This document shows, piece after piece, positions 1 through 9,329 of a stretch of DNA of 64,000 nt. Where the stretch lies: positions 80,206-144,205 of the forward strand of contig JBDHWW010000003.1 of NCBI GenBank assembly GCA_039810425.1. The letters are read 5' to 3'. The notes beneath the pieces were generated by a model. It did no database searches and had not been told where the DNA came from. It worked only from the letters and a program-made list of their open reading frames with translations. Origin of the DNA: Pseudobdellovibrionaceae bacterium (GTDB lineage Bacteria; Bdellovibrionota; Bdellovibrionia; Bdellovibrionales; Bdellovibrionaceae). Made by a program: the position numbers and the translations under genes. Every line of letters starts with the position of its first letter. Position 1 is the first letter of the stretch.

Positions 1-1036
1 CAAAATTAGGGACGTAATAAGCCTTACCGCCACCATCAGGAATATCCACGGATAGATTCGGCATCGCAAGACCGGACAGATTTCCCCAAAGCTCTTTTTG
101 AATCTCGAGAGAATCTTCGATGCTCGTACGCAAGTGATCCGTTCCACGTGATGGATCACACTGGAACATGTAATAGGGCTTCGCACGCAGATACAGCAAT
201 CGGCGCGATAGAGCTTGCACGATCGCCGGATGATTGTTCACGCCGTTCAATAGCACCATCTGATTCATCACCGGTATGCCGTTGTCCACAAACATCTCAA
301 CAGAAGCCGCCGCCTCTTCGGTGATTTCACGCGGATGATTGAAATGCGACATCAAAAACACCGGCTTATGTTTCCTCAAGATTTTTACGAGGTCCTCACT
401 CACGCGCATGGGGCACACCACCGGCATGCGAGTTCCCACACGGATAATTTCAACGTGATCAATCTTACGCAAATCAAACAGCGTTCGATCCAATTGGGCA
501 TCACTGACTGTTAGCGGATCCCCACCGGACAGGATCACTTCGCGAATCCCCGTATGGGACTTGATATACGCTAAGGCCTCCGTGTACTCGTTTTGTTTAA
601 TGAACGCCTGCTCTTGGCCGGTGAAGTGTTTACGAGTGCAATAGCGGCAGTACACGCTGCAAATATCAGTGATCAAAAACAGCGCGCGGTCCGGATAACG
701 ATGAATAATTCTTGGCGCGGGAGTATTTCGGCGCTCGGCCAAAGGATCGAGCATCGCCTGCGTTGGCGTCGCAAGCTCCAGAGTGTTCGGCATCAGGATT
801 CGGCGAACCGGGTCAGCAGGGTGCGCACCAGCAAGGCTCGCATAGTACGGCGTCGTGCGGATATTAAACATCTCCGCACCCTCACGAAAGGCTTCACGCT
901 CTTCCAAACTTAAATCAAACATCGCCGCAAAATCCGCCTGGGATTTCAAGCTCTTTTGCAACTGCCAGGTCCATCGGCTCCAATCAGAAGTGGCGATAGC
1001 GTCAGGTTTTGGAGCTCGATTAAATTGCAGTTTCAT
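1..1036 (-). CDS. KamA-family radical SAM protein (lysine 2,3-aminomutase/EpmB-like), 3' end runs off window
   Basis: Manual translation from ATG at 1036: MKLQFNRAPKPD...HRYPDRALFLITDICSVYCRYCTRKHF; CxxxCxxC motif in the KamA context. Not in the ORF track because it lacks a stop in the window. Confidence 0.9.
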   Translation of the reverse strand, partial: MKLQFNRAPKPDAIATSDWSRWTWQLQKSLKSQADFAAMFDLSLEEREAFREGAEMFNIRTTPYYASLAGAHPADPVRRILMPNTLELATPTQAMLDPLAERRNTPAPRIIHRYPDRALFLITDICSVYCRYCTRKHFTGQEQAFIKQNEYTEALAYIKSHTGIREVILSGGDPLTVSDAQLDRTLFDLRKIDHVEIIRVGTRMPVVCPMRVSEDLVKILRKHKPVFLMSHFNHPREITEEAAASVEMFVDNGIPVMNQMVLLNGVNNHPAIVQALSRRLLYLRAKPYYMFQCDPSRGTDHLRTSIEDSLEIQKELWGNLSGLAMPNLSVDIPDGGGKAYYVPNF

Positions 1037-1225
1037 AGGCGCTTTCAGTCCTTTGCGTGGAGGTCTTTATAACAAACCTAAGACCCTTAAACCACAGTGA
1101 TTTTCGCGTTTTCCTAAACTGAGACACCAGAAGTTCAACAACTGTCTAGGCTCGTTTCAAACCGAGACAAGACTTTTTCACTTGAAAAACCAAAGGCTTA
1201 GAGCGGTTTCGCAGCTGGAGCACGT

Positions 1226-1241
1226 TGGCGTGGGCCTCGCT
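1226..1241 (+). promoter_or_regulatory. Putative sigma54 (-24/-12) promoter
   Basis: TGGCGT-GGGCC-TCGCT; GG and GC separated by exactly 10 nt, ~50 bp upstream of the 1294 ATG. Confidence 0.55.
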
Positions 1242-1293
1242 TTACACATTGTTAGCAACAAGGGCCAAGATGGCTCATTTTTAGGAGGATGAT

Positions 1294-2676
1294 ATGAAAA
1301 AACTCACAGATACCCAAAGAAAGTGGGCTCTGACGGCATGTTTAGCTTCCGTACTTAGCTTCAACATGGTGTTAAGCCTGTCCGGTTCCAGTTATGGTTC
1401 GATGAGCCTGGCTTCAACTGAACCACGATACGTATCGATAATCTCTAATAAAGGAGAAAAACTCGAAGTTAAGTACGTAAAAGGCGAAAAAGGTGAAGCC
1501 ATCGCGTACATACCCAAGAAGTCGGAGAGCGGCTGGTGCTATGATTGCGGCGAGAAATATCTCTTGCCAAAAAATTTCGATTCAAACACCGAATCACTGG
1601 AAGCAGCCCTTCGCATTGCGATGACCGAACGCAACGAGGCCGCAAAAGACACCTCTAAAGAAAAAGATTTGGATGCAAAACCAGCTAAGGAGGTCGCTGA
1701 AAAAGCTCCTCTTCGCCCTGAAAAGGAAGAAGACGACTTCACGGCTCTTCGCGAGCGTTGCGACAAGAAAGACGACGGCGACGAAAAAACTCATTGCTAT
1801 GCAAGTGGCTTGACGACGCTTTTGACAAACAAAAAGAAAACTTATGACCGCGATGAAGTTTTGGACCTCTATCGCACAAAGATTGAGCGGGGTCTCAAAG
1901 CTGCTTTGATGGATATTTCCGACCTCGTTCCAAGCAGAAGAAGTCTTGGCCGTAATAACTTCGACTTCGACTTCGACTTCGACCTCAACACTCGTCGTAA
2001 CGACGCTCAGAAATTGATTGAGGACATGACCGCGAAAATCACTGGCCGCTATAACTACCTTCGTGAAAGTTTGACGAAATTGGCAGCAAACTCCGTGTTA
2101 CAAATACAAGAAATTGCCCAAATGAAGTTGAAGCAGGCTGATCAACTCAAAAATAGAGACCCACAAACTGCATTGCGCTTGCAACAAGAGGGTACGGCGG
2201 GTCTCCACGCAGCGAACCAAGTTGCTAACAACTTTGGTGGTTCATTGTACGACAGTTTAGAAAGTGCTCGATGGAGCACTTTCATTACGGGCAATCAGTT
2301 CGATAGCTTGTACTATACAAACTACGCTGATGTTGTGAACCAAGCGATCCGTGGCTTGGCTCAAAATCCGTTGAACTACAATCTTCCAAACGTCACTTTG
2401 ACTGATGGTTCGACAATCGTTGATCAAAATGGTCAAACATACATTGTGACTTCAACGAACAATCGTAACAACACGACGATTCAAAGTGGTGGCCGTAATA
2501 TCACGGTGATGATGAACAACTTAACGCCAGCAAATGTCGTGACCGCGATGACTCCGCGTCTTGCTATAAACGGCATTGGTCAGCCAGGCTCTGCAACGAT
2601 CCACGCGATCCAAGGTGTCTCTGCCCCCGTGAATCAAACGACATTGCCGGCCATCCGCGGCGGTCGTGGATACTAA
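1294..2676 (+). CDS. Hypothetical exported/membrane-anchored protein (460 aa)
   Basis: AGGAGG RBS; N-terminal hydrophobic segment; CxxC (WCYDCG); Asn/Thr-rich C-terminal tail. Confidence 0.8.
   Translation: MKKLTDTQRKWALTACLASVLSFNMVLSLSGSSYGSMSLASTEPRYVSIISNKGEKLEVKYVKGEKGEAIAYIPKKSESGWCYDCGEKYLLPKNFDSNTESLEAALRIAMTERNEAAKDTSKEKDLDAKPAKEVAEKAPLRPEKEEDDFTALRERCDKKDDGDEKTHCYASGLTTLLTNKKKTYDRDEVLDLYRTKIERGLKAALMDISDLVPSRRSLGRNNFDFDFDFDLNTRRNDAQKLIEDMTAKITGRYNYLRESLTKLAANSVLQIQEIAQMKLKQADQLKNRDPQTALRLQQEGTAGLHAANQVANNFGGSLYDSLESARWSTFITGNQFDSLYYTNYADVVNQAIRGLAQNPLNYNLPNVTLTDGSTIVDQNGQTYIVTSTNNRNNTTIQSGGRNITVMMNNLTPANVVTAMTPRLAINGIGQPGSATIHAIQGVSAPVNQTTLPAIRGGRGY
1960..1983 (+). repeat. In-frame hexamer tandem repeat (TTCGAC)4 encoding FDFDFDFD
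   Basis: Read directly from the sequence. Confidence 0.9.
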
Positions 2677-2717
2677 TTGAATTGCTTTTAAAATTGAAAG
2701 CATGAATGTGTCATCCT

Positions 2718-2742
2718 CGCCGAGCTCAGGAAGAGCTCGGCG
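2718..2742. terminator. GC-rich hairpin, probable terminator between convergent genes
   Basis: CGCCGAGCTC-AGGAA-GAGCTCGGCG, perfect 10-bp stem; weak U-tract. Confidence 0.55.
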
Positions 2743-2842
2743 CCTCTATTTGTGCCGATCCACTTTGGAACCAGCCTGAGTCCAAAAGAGATTTTTTAAG
2801 CTGATTCCCCTAGCGATCTTTCTCGTTTCAGAAAGTTCGCAA

Positions 2843-3253
2843 TTAAACAGCCTTCAAGAAGTAGCCAGTTTGTTTTGTGGTCGCAGCCGTTCTGGTTTTC
2901 TTCATTTTCATGTAGCGTTTGAAATCTTTCGAGTAAGCTTTTTTGAAAGTTGTCTCGTGCTTGTTGAACATTTTATCCAACCAAGTGTAGTAGCAAGTGT
3001 ACATGTGGTTAGACAAAAAGTTGCAATACCAAGAGAATGGCATCTGTTGCGTAAAGTTGAATCTTTTAGAGAATGTTACGATCTCTCTATTGAACATGGC
3101 CCACCACTTCGTTGCTTCTGTCCTATGTACGAAGTTACCAACCCAGTATGTACGGTTGCCATGTGTAAAGCCCACTTCCCAGCCGTTTCCTACCGGTTTG
3201 AAGTATGATTTAAAAGTATGTGGGCCATATTTATATGTTTTTGTCTTTGTCAT
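2843..3253 (-). CDS. Hypothetical basic, aromatic-rich protein (~136 aa)
   Basis: Likely start MTKTKTYKYG at 3253 behind a GGAAGG RBS (track start 3397 is probably too long). Confidence 0.7.
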   Translation of the reverse strand: MTKTKTYKYGPHTFKSYFKPVGNGWEVGFTHGNRTYWVGNFVHRTEATKWWAMFNREIVTFSKRFNFTQQMPFSWYCNFLSNHMYTCYYTWLDKMFNKHETTFKKAYSKDFKRYMKMKKTRTAATTKQTGYFLKAV

Positions 3254-3541
3254 CGTTGCCTTCCTTTTTATTGGCGTTGAAACAGACTCTATCTTGAGCC
3301 CGATTTTTTTTATGCTAAACGACTTTTTTGCGAGCCTAAAACTGGCAGATTTAGGAAAAAAAACTGGGCCGTGGTCGCACCTTTTTTCGACCTGCATCAG
3401 GACCTTTCTCCCCAGATTATTGTTCGATTCTGTGAAAAAACTATATGCTCTAAATGGTTCTTAATTCAGTGAGTTCTCAGATAGACTTATTGCCAAAATT
3501 CTTTGGACTTAAAAACACATTTTTGATTATAAATAAAGTCT

Positions 3542-3769
3542 ATGTCTGCACTGGCCAACTACTTGGAGACCCTCCGGGTCAAAAAAAATCTCACTCTTGA
3601 GGAATCTGCAAAAAGGTCAAATATGGCCCCTGCATCCTATAGACAAAGAGAAAAACAGCCAGAAAAAGTGCCACTTTATATTTTGGTTTCCATAGTAAAT
3701 GCATTGGCTGTGAAGGATGAAGAATTCGTCGAATTCAGTATGCTGACTTCCCGACAATTACGGGACTAG
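3542..3769 (+). CDS. XRE-family helix-turn-helix protein
   Basis: LETLRVKKNLTLEESAKRSNM...YRQREK pattern of HTH_3 domains. Confidence 0.7.
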   Translation: MSALANYLETLRVKKNLTLEESAKRSNMAPASYRQREKQPEKVPLYILVSIVNALAVKDEEFVEFSMLTSRQLRD

Positions 3770-3789
3770 GGCCTCAAAACCGACGCACT

Positions 3790-4428
3790 TTAGAGCTCGA
3801 TAAACTTATTCGACTTCTCTGAGTATTCCCAAAGCTTACCGACTTCGAGATCGAAGTACCAGCCTGACAACGCCAAATTACCCTCGTTCAAACGCTTTTG
3901 AATAAATGGAAATGTCTTCAAGTTTTTCACCGAGACCTTTACAGCCTCAAGCTCACAACAGTGGCAAAACTTTTTGAAATCATGGATAGGAACCTGCTCA
4001 AGAGACTTCTCACGTGCTTCATCGGCAATCGTCACCCACTTACGGATAAATGTTCCTTGATCCGCCTGACTTGGGCCTGCTGCCAACGCCGCAATGCCAC
4101 CACACTGGGCGTGACCCAAAACAATCACATTCTCTACTTTGAGAACGTTCACGGCAAACTCGATCGCCGCGCTCGTACCGTGATGACCGCCGCCTTCTTC
4201 ATACGGAGGTACAAGGCTTGCCACGTTGCGGATCACGAAAAGATCTCCGGGTTCCGCCGACAACAAGATCGCGGGGTCTACGCGCGAATCACTGCACGCA
4301 ATCAAAAGCGTTCTTGGGCTTTGCCCTTCGCTGCTGAGATTCAGATAGAGATCTTTCTCAAGTACAAAGTACTTGCGGCGAAATTTTCTAAATCCATCAA
4401 TAAGGTCGAGTTTTTTTGTAAGTGACAT
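3790..4428 (-). CDS. can: Beta-class carbonic anhydrase
   Basis: CSDSR, GDLFVIRN and HAQCG zinc-ligand motifs. Confidence 0.95.
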   Translation of the reverse strand: MSLTKKLDLIDGFRKFRRKYFVLEKDLYLNLSSEGQSPRTLLIACSDSRVDPAILLSAEPGDLFVIRNVASLVPPYEEGGGHHGTSAAIEFAVNVLKVENVIVLGHAQCGGIAALAAGPSQADQGTFIRKWVTIADEAREKSLEQVPIHDFKKFCHCCELEAVKVSVKNLKTFPFIQKRLNEGNLALSGWYFDLEVGKLWEYSEKSNKFIEL

Positions 4429-4451
4429 GTTTAAACCGCCCGATTTAAATT

Positions 4452-4475
4452 ACCCGGGAGCTTTCACTCCCGGGT
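4452..4475 (-). terminator. Hairpin between OMP gene and carbonic anhydrase
   Basis: ACCCGGGAG/CTCCCGGGT 9-bp stem followed by AT-rich sequence. Confidence 0.4.
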
Positions 4476-4539
4476 CCTGCGCCATTGCCATTGAATCTAA
4501 GATGCCTTCACAGTTGTCGTACGAGATGAGTGCAAAATA

Positions 4540-5967
4540 TCAAAAGCTGATAGCGGCTTTCGAGGCAAATCCATATGTGCTCGCGTTTTCAAGGTTCGCA
4601 GAACCGTTCTTGAAAGCCGCGCCTGGGAACAAAAGCCCCAATTGATTCACCCACTGAATTCGTTCCGTGGGCTTGTAAACTAGTTCAATATCCCACTCCA
4701 AGCCGAGATCCTTTTTGAAATCAGCTTTACCCGTTGGATTCGTCATCAATTGAGCATAAGTCAAAGTGTTATTAAGATCCAAACGGTCGTTCCACGCGTA
4801 AGAAATTTTTGGCGAGATGTAGATTGCATTGCTGATATACTCATCGTCCAACGAGTTTGCAACATCGTGGTTTACAGTTTCTTTGTATCTATTGGTTGTA
4901 AGGAAATCCGCCAGACCCAAACGATGGTTGAACATCAACATCGCCACATCGTAGTTGCGACTGAACTGATATCCTTCAAACGCGTTTGTTGTCGCAGGGT
5001 CATCACCTGTCGCCATACCCAAACGGATATTCCAATCAAATTTAGAATCTTTGCGAGGGAAGTAAATTTCCGCAGCGATTCCGTAACCATTTGACTTGAT
5101 ATCTTCACCCGTTGCATTTTGCGCGCCGACGTTACCACTTGTAAAACCCGCCTCTAATTTGAAAGCGAACTTTTCCCACTCGCGGCCAAGGATGAAGCTT
5201 GTTGTAGAAACGCTGTACTCACCCGTCTTTGTCTGGCCGATTGCCGGCGGACTGTTCAATGGAACATCGTTCGCACCCAAGCTCGCTTTGCGCACTTGTT
5301 GCATCAAACCGATCATCGAACCGGATTCTTTGCTTTCGTATTGCAAATGAAGGATCGTGTCTTGAACCGTGTTGCCCTGGGATACATTTTCGTCGTAAAC
5401 ACGGCCAATGATCGGCATCAAGAAGAAGTTGTCAACGATGAACTTGTAACCAACCATGTCTTCCGTATCGCCCCAATGGTCGAACATGCCATTGCCCGCA
5501 TTATGAGTAATACCAAGACCGAACTCAAGAGGCGCACGACCCAACACGAGAGCGCCATACTCTTGATTCACGTTCAAGTATAATTGAGAAACGCGCATCT
5601 GTGTGGAAGGATGATTTCTAGAATACACATTGGATTGGCCGGCCGTATTGGTTGCATCCCAGCCCTGGCCCCACATTTGACCGACTTGAGCGTCCGCATA
5701 CGCGGGATCTTGATTCGCCAAAACATCAAAGCGGGAAACGATATTCACACCGTCTGTTGCAATGATTTTTGGGCTCAAAGAAAGATAATTCAAACCATAG
5801 GATTTCATTCCGTAGGGAGTCGCCAGTGTCGGCCGGTCTACTTGGGTCCATTCAAAACGGTACGTCCCTTTCCAATCGATGCTAAGAGCGCTGGCTGTTG
5901 AAGCCGCCACCGAAGTCAAAAGAGCCGCTGCAGAAAGAAGTGCTTTATTTTTCAACGTCATATTCAC
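4540..5967 (-). CDS. Outer-membrane beta-barrel protein
   Basis: Signal peptide, amphipathic beta-strands, ATGDD motif as in alginate-export-like barrels, C-terminal Phe. Confidence 0.75.
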   Translation of the reverse strand: MNMTLKNKALLSAAALLTSVAASTASALSIDWKGTYRFEWTQVDRPTLATPYGMKSYGLNYLSLSPKIIATDGVNIVSRFDVLANQDPAYADAQVGQMWGQGWDATNTAGQSNVYSRNHPSTQMRVSQLYLNVNQEYGALVLGRAPLEFGLGITHNAGNGMFDHWGDTEDMVGYKFIVDNFFLMPIIGRVYDENVSQGNTVQDTILHLQYESKESGSMIGLMQQVRKASLGANDVPLNSPPAIGQTKTGEYSVSTTSFILGREWEKFAFKLEAGFTSGNVGAQNATGEDIKSNGYGIAAEIYFPRKDSKFDWNIRLGMATGDDPATTNAFEGYQFSRNYDVAMLMFNHRLGLADFLTTNRYKETVNHDVANSLDDEYISNAIYISPKISYAWNDRLDLNNTLTYAQLMTNPTGKADFKKDLGLEWDIELVYKPTERIQWVNQLGLLFPGAAFKNGSANLENASTYGFASKAAISF

Positions 5968-6464
5968 CTTTTTTGAAATGAGCCAAGAACACCGAGAACA
6001 TCGCTTTCGCGAAGAATCAGAACATCTTGGTCTTGAACTTTTAGTTTGGAACCCGCGTACTCTGAGAAAAGAACTTTATCGCCGACCTTCAAATCCATCG
6101 GACGAACATGGCCTTTTCTGTTGCGGTGGCCGCGGCCCACGGAAACAACAAAACCCTGCAAGTTTCCGGAAACATCCGCCACTGTGTCAGGGATGTACAA
6201 ACCGCCGGCGGTCATTTTTTCGGCACCCGTCAATTGAACCATCACACGGTCGTCCAACGGAGTGACAAAGTTGCTGAAGTCTAATTTCTTCTCTATGGGT
6301 TTAGAAAAAGGTTTCGCTGAAGCCGCCTTCTTCGCCGTCTTTTTCGGCGCACCCGTTGCTGCCTTTTTCTTCGGCATTGCCTTCTTCGCCGTCTTTTTCT
6401 TGGCAACGGCCTTTTTCGCGGCCGTTTTTTTAACCGGAGCTTTTTTTATTTTACCTTTGGCCAC
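5964..6464 (-). CDS. groES: Co-chaperonin GroES paralog with Lys/Ala-rich N-terminal extension
   Basis: PLDDRV, TAGGLYIPD, VVSVGRG, VGDKVLF.EYAG, ILRESDVLG; first ~60 aa are KKTAAKK-type repeats. Confidence 0.92.
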   Translation of the reverse strand: MAKGKIKKAPVKKTAAKKAVAKKKTAKKAMPKKKAATGAPKKTAKKAASAKPFSKPIEKKLDFSNFVTPLDDRVMVQLTGAEKMTAGGLYIPDTVADVSGNLQGFVVSVGRGHRNRKGHVRPMDLKVGDKVLFSEYAGSKLKVQDQDVLILRESDVLGVLGSFQKR

Positions 6465-6723
6465 GTTTAGCCCTTTCTTCTTCGTAGTATTTTCTGTACA
6501 TCACGTCCCACTCCGGAGTGCCTTCCATCACATTGCGTTTCAAGGAAGCCACTTTTTCGCGGGCCCGCTGATCGAGAGCTTCGTCGTCTTTGACGAATTC
6601 GGCAATCGCGAGCTTTGCCGCTCGCAAGGCTTGGTCATCGTCTGAGAAGTCCACGATGTCATCGCCCCAAACGCCGTCCGTTACGATGTGTGCCAGATGA
6701 TTCTGGCGATCTGCGGAAATCAC
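6451..6723 (-). CDS. DUF507-family protein
   Basis: GTPEWDVMYRKYYEEE motif; tandem partner upstream. Confidence 0.8.
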   Translation of the reverse strand: MISADRQNHLAHIVTDGVWGDDIVDFSDDDQALRAAKLAIAEFVKDDEALDQRAREKVASLKRNVMEGTPEWDVMYRKYYEEERAKRGQR

Positions 6724-6998
6724 AAGATCACCTTTCTCTCTTTCGCGAGCTTTTGTTTTAGAATGGGAAACATTTTAAAACGCTGAAACTCGCCAGGATT
6801 GCTCTTTTCGAGCTGGTCCAGCATCGCATTGACGTCCTGGTCTAAAGCCGCCTCTCGGTTGTAATCTTCTTTAATGATTTCCACGACTCGAGCAAGCACA
6901 ATCTTTTCATCTTCTTTAAAAACAATAAGATTTTGCTTTTTCCACTGAGCCAGAATTTTTTCAGCTAGAGCTTGAATTTGTTGGGAGGATAATTTCAT
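6720..6998 (-). CDS. DUF507-family protein
   Basis: MKLS..QI...KMF.ILKQKLAKERKVIL pattern; 4-bp overlap with partner. Confidence 0.8.
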   Translation of the reverse strand: MKLSSQQIQALAEKILAQWKKQNLIVFKEDEKIVLARVVEIIKEDYNREAALDQDVNAMLDQLEKSNPGEFQRFKMFPILKQKLAKERKVIL

Positions 6999-7007
6999 AA
7001 TGGTGTC

Positions 7008-9329
7008 ATGCCTCGCCCAGGATTAAAGAACATTTTCATCGTATTTACAATCGTTGTGACGCTCGCAATCATCACTCTGTGCGCGGGTATTTCTTACGCT
7101 TTCTTCACACTCGAAGACGAGATGAATCAAAAGCTCGAAGCCAAGCGCATCCTCCTCCCAACGGAGTACTATGCCGCCCCATATCGCTTCCACACCCCGT
7201 CGCTTCAGACCGTGGATAAGTCCGAGCGAGTGCTTCAGAGCCAGAATTATCGCGCCCGCGATTACCAACAACGCCTTTTACCTGGGGACTATCTTAAGGC
7301 AAATGCCCCCGAATGCCGCGCCCTGTTTCGAATTGCCGAGGACGTGAATTTCACCTCTTGCTTGGCCTTCGTAAAAAAGGACATTGATCCTGGCCAGGCG
7401 CAGAATGATGTTCGTATCTTGCTCTTTGACCCCGAAGGCAAAATACAGCAAATTTTTAAGGCCTTTCCTCTCGAGGTTGTTAACCAAGTGCATCTTGAGG
7501 CCCCATTAGTGGCTCAATACGTGGGCATCGACCCTATCATGCAAGAAGAAGCTCCTCTCGGAAAGATTCCCCCGTACTGTTCCAATGGCGTGATGGCCAT
7601 CGAAGATCCACGCTTCTTAGAGCATCAAGGCGTCAATTACCGTGGGATTTTCAGAGCCATCATCAAAAATGTGACCTCGGGCCGCATGGTTCAAGGCGGC
7701 AGCACAATCACCCAGCAGTTGGTGAAGAATTACTTCCTGACCAATGAAAAAACCATCAAGCGTAAATTGCAAGAATTCGTTATGGCCTACATGCTCGAGT
7801 CGAAATTTACCAAAGATCAAATTCTCGAAACCTACCTGAATATTATCTACATGGGGCAGAACGGTCCGTTCCAAGTGCGTGGTTTTGGTGCTGCGGCACG
7901 ATTCTATTTCAACAAAGACATTTCGACCTTGAATTTAAGCGAATGTGCGTTGTTGGCCGCAGTTGTGAATGGTCCGGGCGTGTACGACCCGTTCAAGCAA
8001 CCCGTGAAAGCCTTCAGCCGCCGCGGCCTTGTTTTGGATAAAATGCTGGAGCATCAGTTCATTGCCGCAGCCGATGCCGAGACCGCGAAGGATCAGCCCC
8101 TGCCGACCGCACAGCCGCGCCTGGCGACAGAAACCGCTCCTTACTACCTCGATGCTGTTCGCAAGCAGTTGCAGGCGCAAAACATCGAAATCGCCGGCGC
8201 CAAGATCTACACGGCGATGGATCTCGAGTCCCAGCAATTTGCGCAAGAGGCTTTGAAAAACCATCTTTCCAGATTGGAAGAACAAAACAAACTGGTGAAG
8301 TCGCAAAAAGAAAAGGGCGTCAGCCTCGAAGGCGCGATTCTGTCAGCCGAGGCCAGCACAGGTCTGATTCAAGTGGCCGTGGGTGGACGCAATTACCGTC
8401 TGACCCAGTTTAACCGCGCGATTGACGGTCACCGCCAAGTGGGCTCAACGATGAAGCCATTTGTTTATTTGGCGGCTCTTGAGTCAAAAGACAAAAACGG
8501 CAAAGACTTTACCCCGATCACACCGGTGAAAGATGAGAAATTCACGGTCAAGTACGAAGGGCAAACATGGTCTCCAAGCAATTATGGCAACGAATACTTC
8601 GGCACGGTGCCGATGTTCTTTGCGCTAAAAAGCTCTCTGAATGCGGCGACGGCTTCCATCGGTTTGGAAGTCGGACTTGATAAGATCATCAACATTACGG
8701 AGTCTCTCGGCGTGACTTCGCAACTAAAACCATTTCCTGCGGTGACTTTGGGGGCGTTCGAGCTTTACCCGAAAGAAGTTCTGCAGGCTTACTTGGCGCT
8801 CTCGAAAATGGGTCAAAAAACGGACGTTAGTTTCGTCGACCACGTTGTGAATATGCAGGGCGAAGAAGTTTTCAAATTCACCCCGCACTCCGAGCAAGCT
8901 CAAGATGCCGTGGCCGTCGCGAGCCTGGTCAGCATGATGAAACAGACGATCGCCTCAGGAACGGCGAAGTATGTGAGCGCCAGTGGTTTTACCCGCCCCG
9001 CAGCTGGTAAAACCGGGACAACTTCTGAGAGTCGAGACGTTTGGTTCTCGGGCTTTACCCCTTATCGCACAACGATTGTTTGGATCGGTTATGATACCAG
9101 CACACAAAACAAACTCACGGGTGCCAGTGGTGCCGTGCCTATCTGGACGGATTTCATGAAGCGCGTGACGGTGGATGATCCTCCGGATGATTTTCCCTGG
9201 CCGGAAGACACCGTGAAAGTCACTTTTGATGAAAAGAAACTTCAAGAGATGAACACGCCCATGAAAGAGCCGATGAGTGTTGAACTCGTTTTCAAAAAAG
9301 GCACGGAGCCTGGTATTTTCGGATTTTAG
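7008..9329 (+). CDS. mrcB: Class A penicillin-binding protein (PBP1b-like)
   Basis: Glycosyltransferase EDPRF.EH.G and GGSTITQQLVKN; transpeptidase STMK, SLN, KTG. Confidence 0.9.
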   Translation: MPRPGLKNIFIVFTIVVTLAIITLCAGISYAFFTLEDEMNQKLEAKRILLPTEYYAAPYRFHTPSLQTVDKSERVLQSQNYRARDYQQRLLPGDYLKANAPECRALFRIAEDVNFTSCLAFVKKDIDPGQAQNDVRILLFDPEGKIQQIFKAFPLEVVNQVHLEAPLVAQYVGIDPIMQEEAPLGKIPPYCSNGVMAIEDPRFLEHQGVNYRGIFRAIIKNVTSGRMVQGGSTITQQLVKNYFLTNEKTIKRKLQEFVMAYMLESKFTKDQILETYLNIIYMGQNGPFQVRGFGAAARFYFNKDISTLNLSECALLAAVVNGPGVYDPFKQPVKAFSRRGLVLDKMLEHQFIAAADAETAKDQPLPTAQPRLATETAPYYLDAVRKQLQAQNIEIAGAKIYTAMDLESQQFAQEALKNHLSRLEEQNKLVKSQKEKGVSLEGAILSAEASTGLIQVAVGGRNYRLTQFNRAIDGHRQVGSTMKPFVYLAALESKDKNGKDFTPITPVKDEKFTVKYEGQTWSPSNYGNEYFGTVPMFFALKSSLNAATASIGLEVGLDKIINITESLGVTSQLKPFPAVTLGAFELYPKEVLQAYLALSKMGQKTDVSFVDHVVNMQGEEVFKFTPHSEQAQDAVAVASLVSMMKQTIASGTAKYVSASGFTRPAAGKTGTTSESRDVWFSGFTPYRTTIVWIGYDTSTQNKLTGASGAVPIWTDFMKRVTVDDPPDDFPWPEDTVKVTFDEKKLQEMNTPMKEPMSVELVFKKGTEPGIFGF

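Noticed and set aside
593..1100. Plus-strand ORFs 593-913 and 855-1100
   Set aside because: Antisense shadows of the KamA-family gene. Most short ORFs overlapping long genes in the track were dismissed the same way.
6300..6450. Repetitive DNA as CRISPR or mobile repeats
   Set aside because: It encodes the Lys/Ala tail of GroES; there is no repeat-spacer periodicity.
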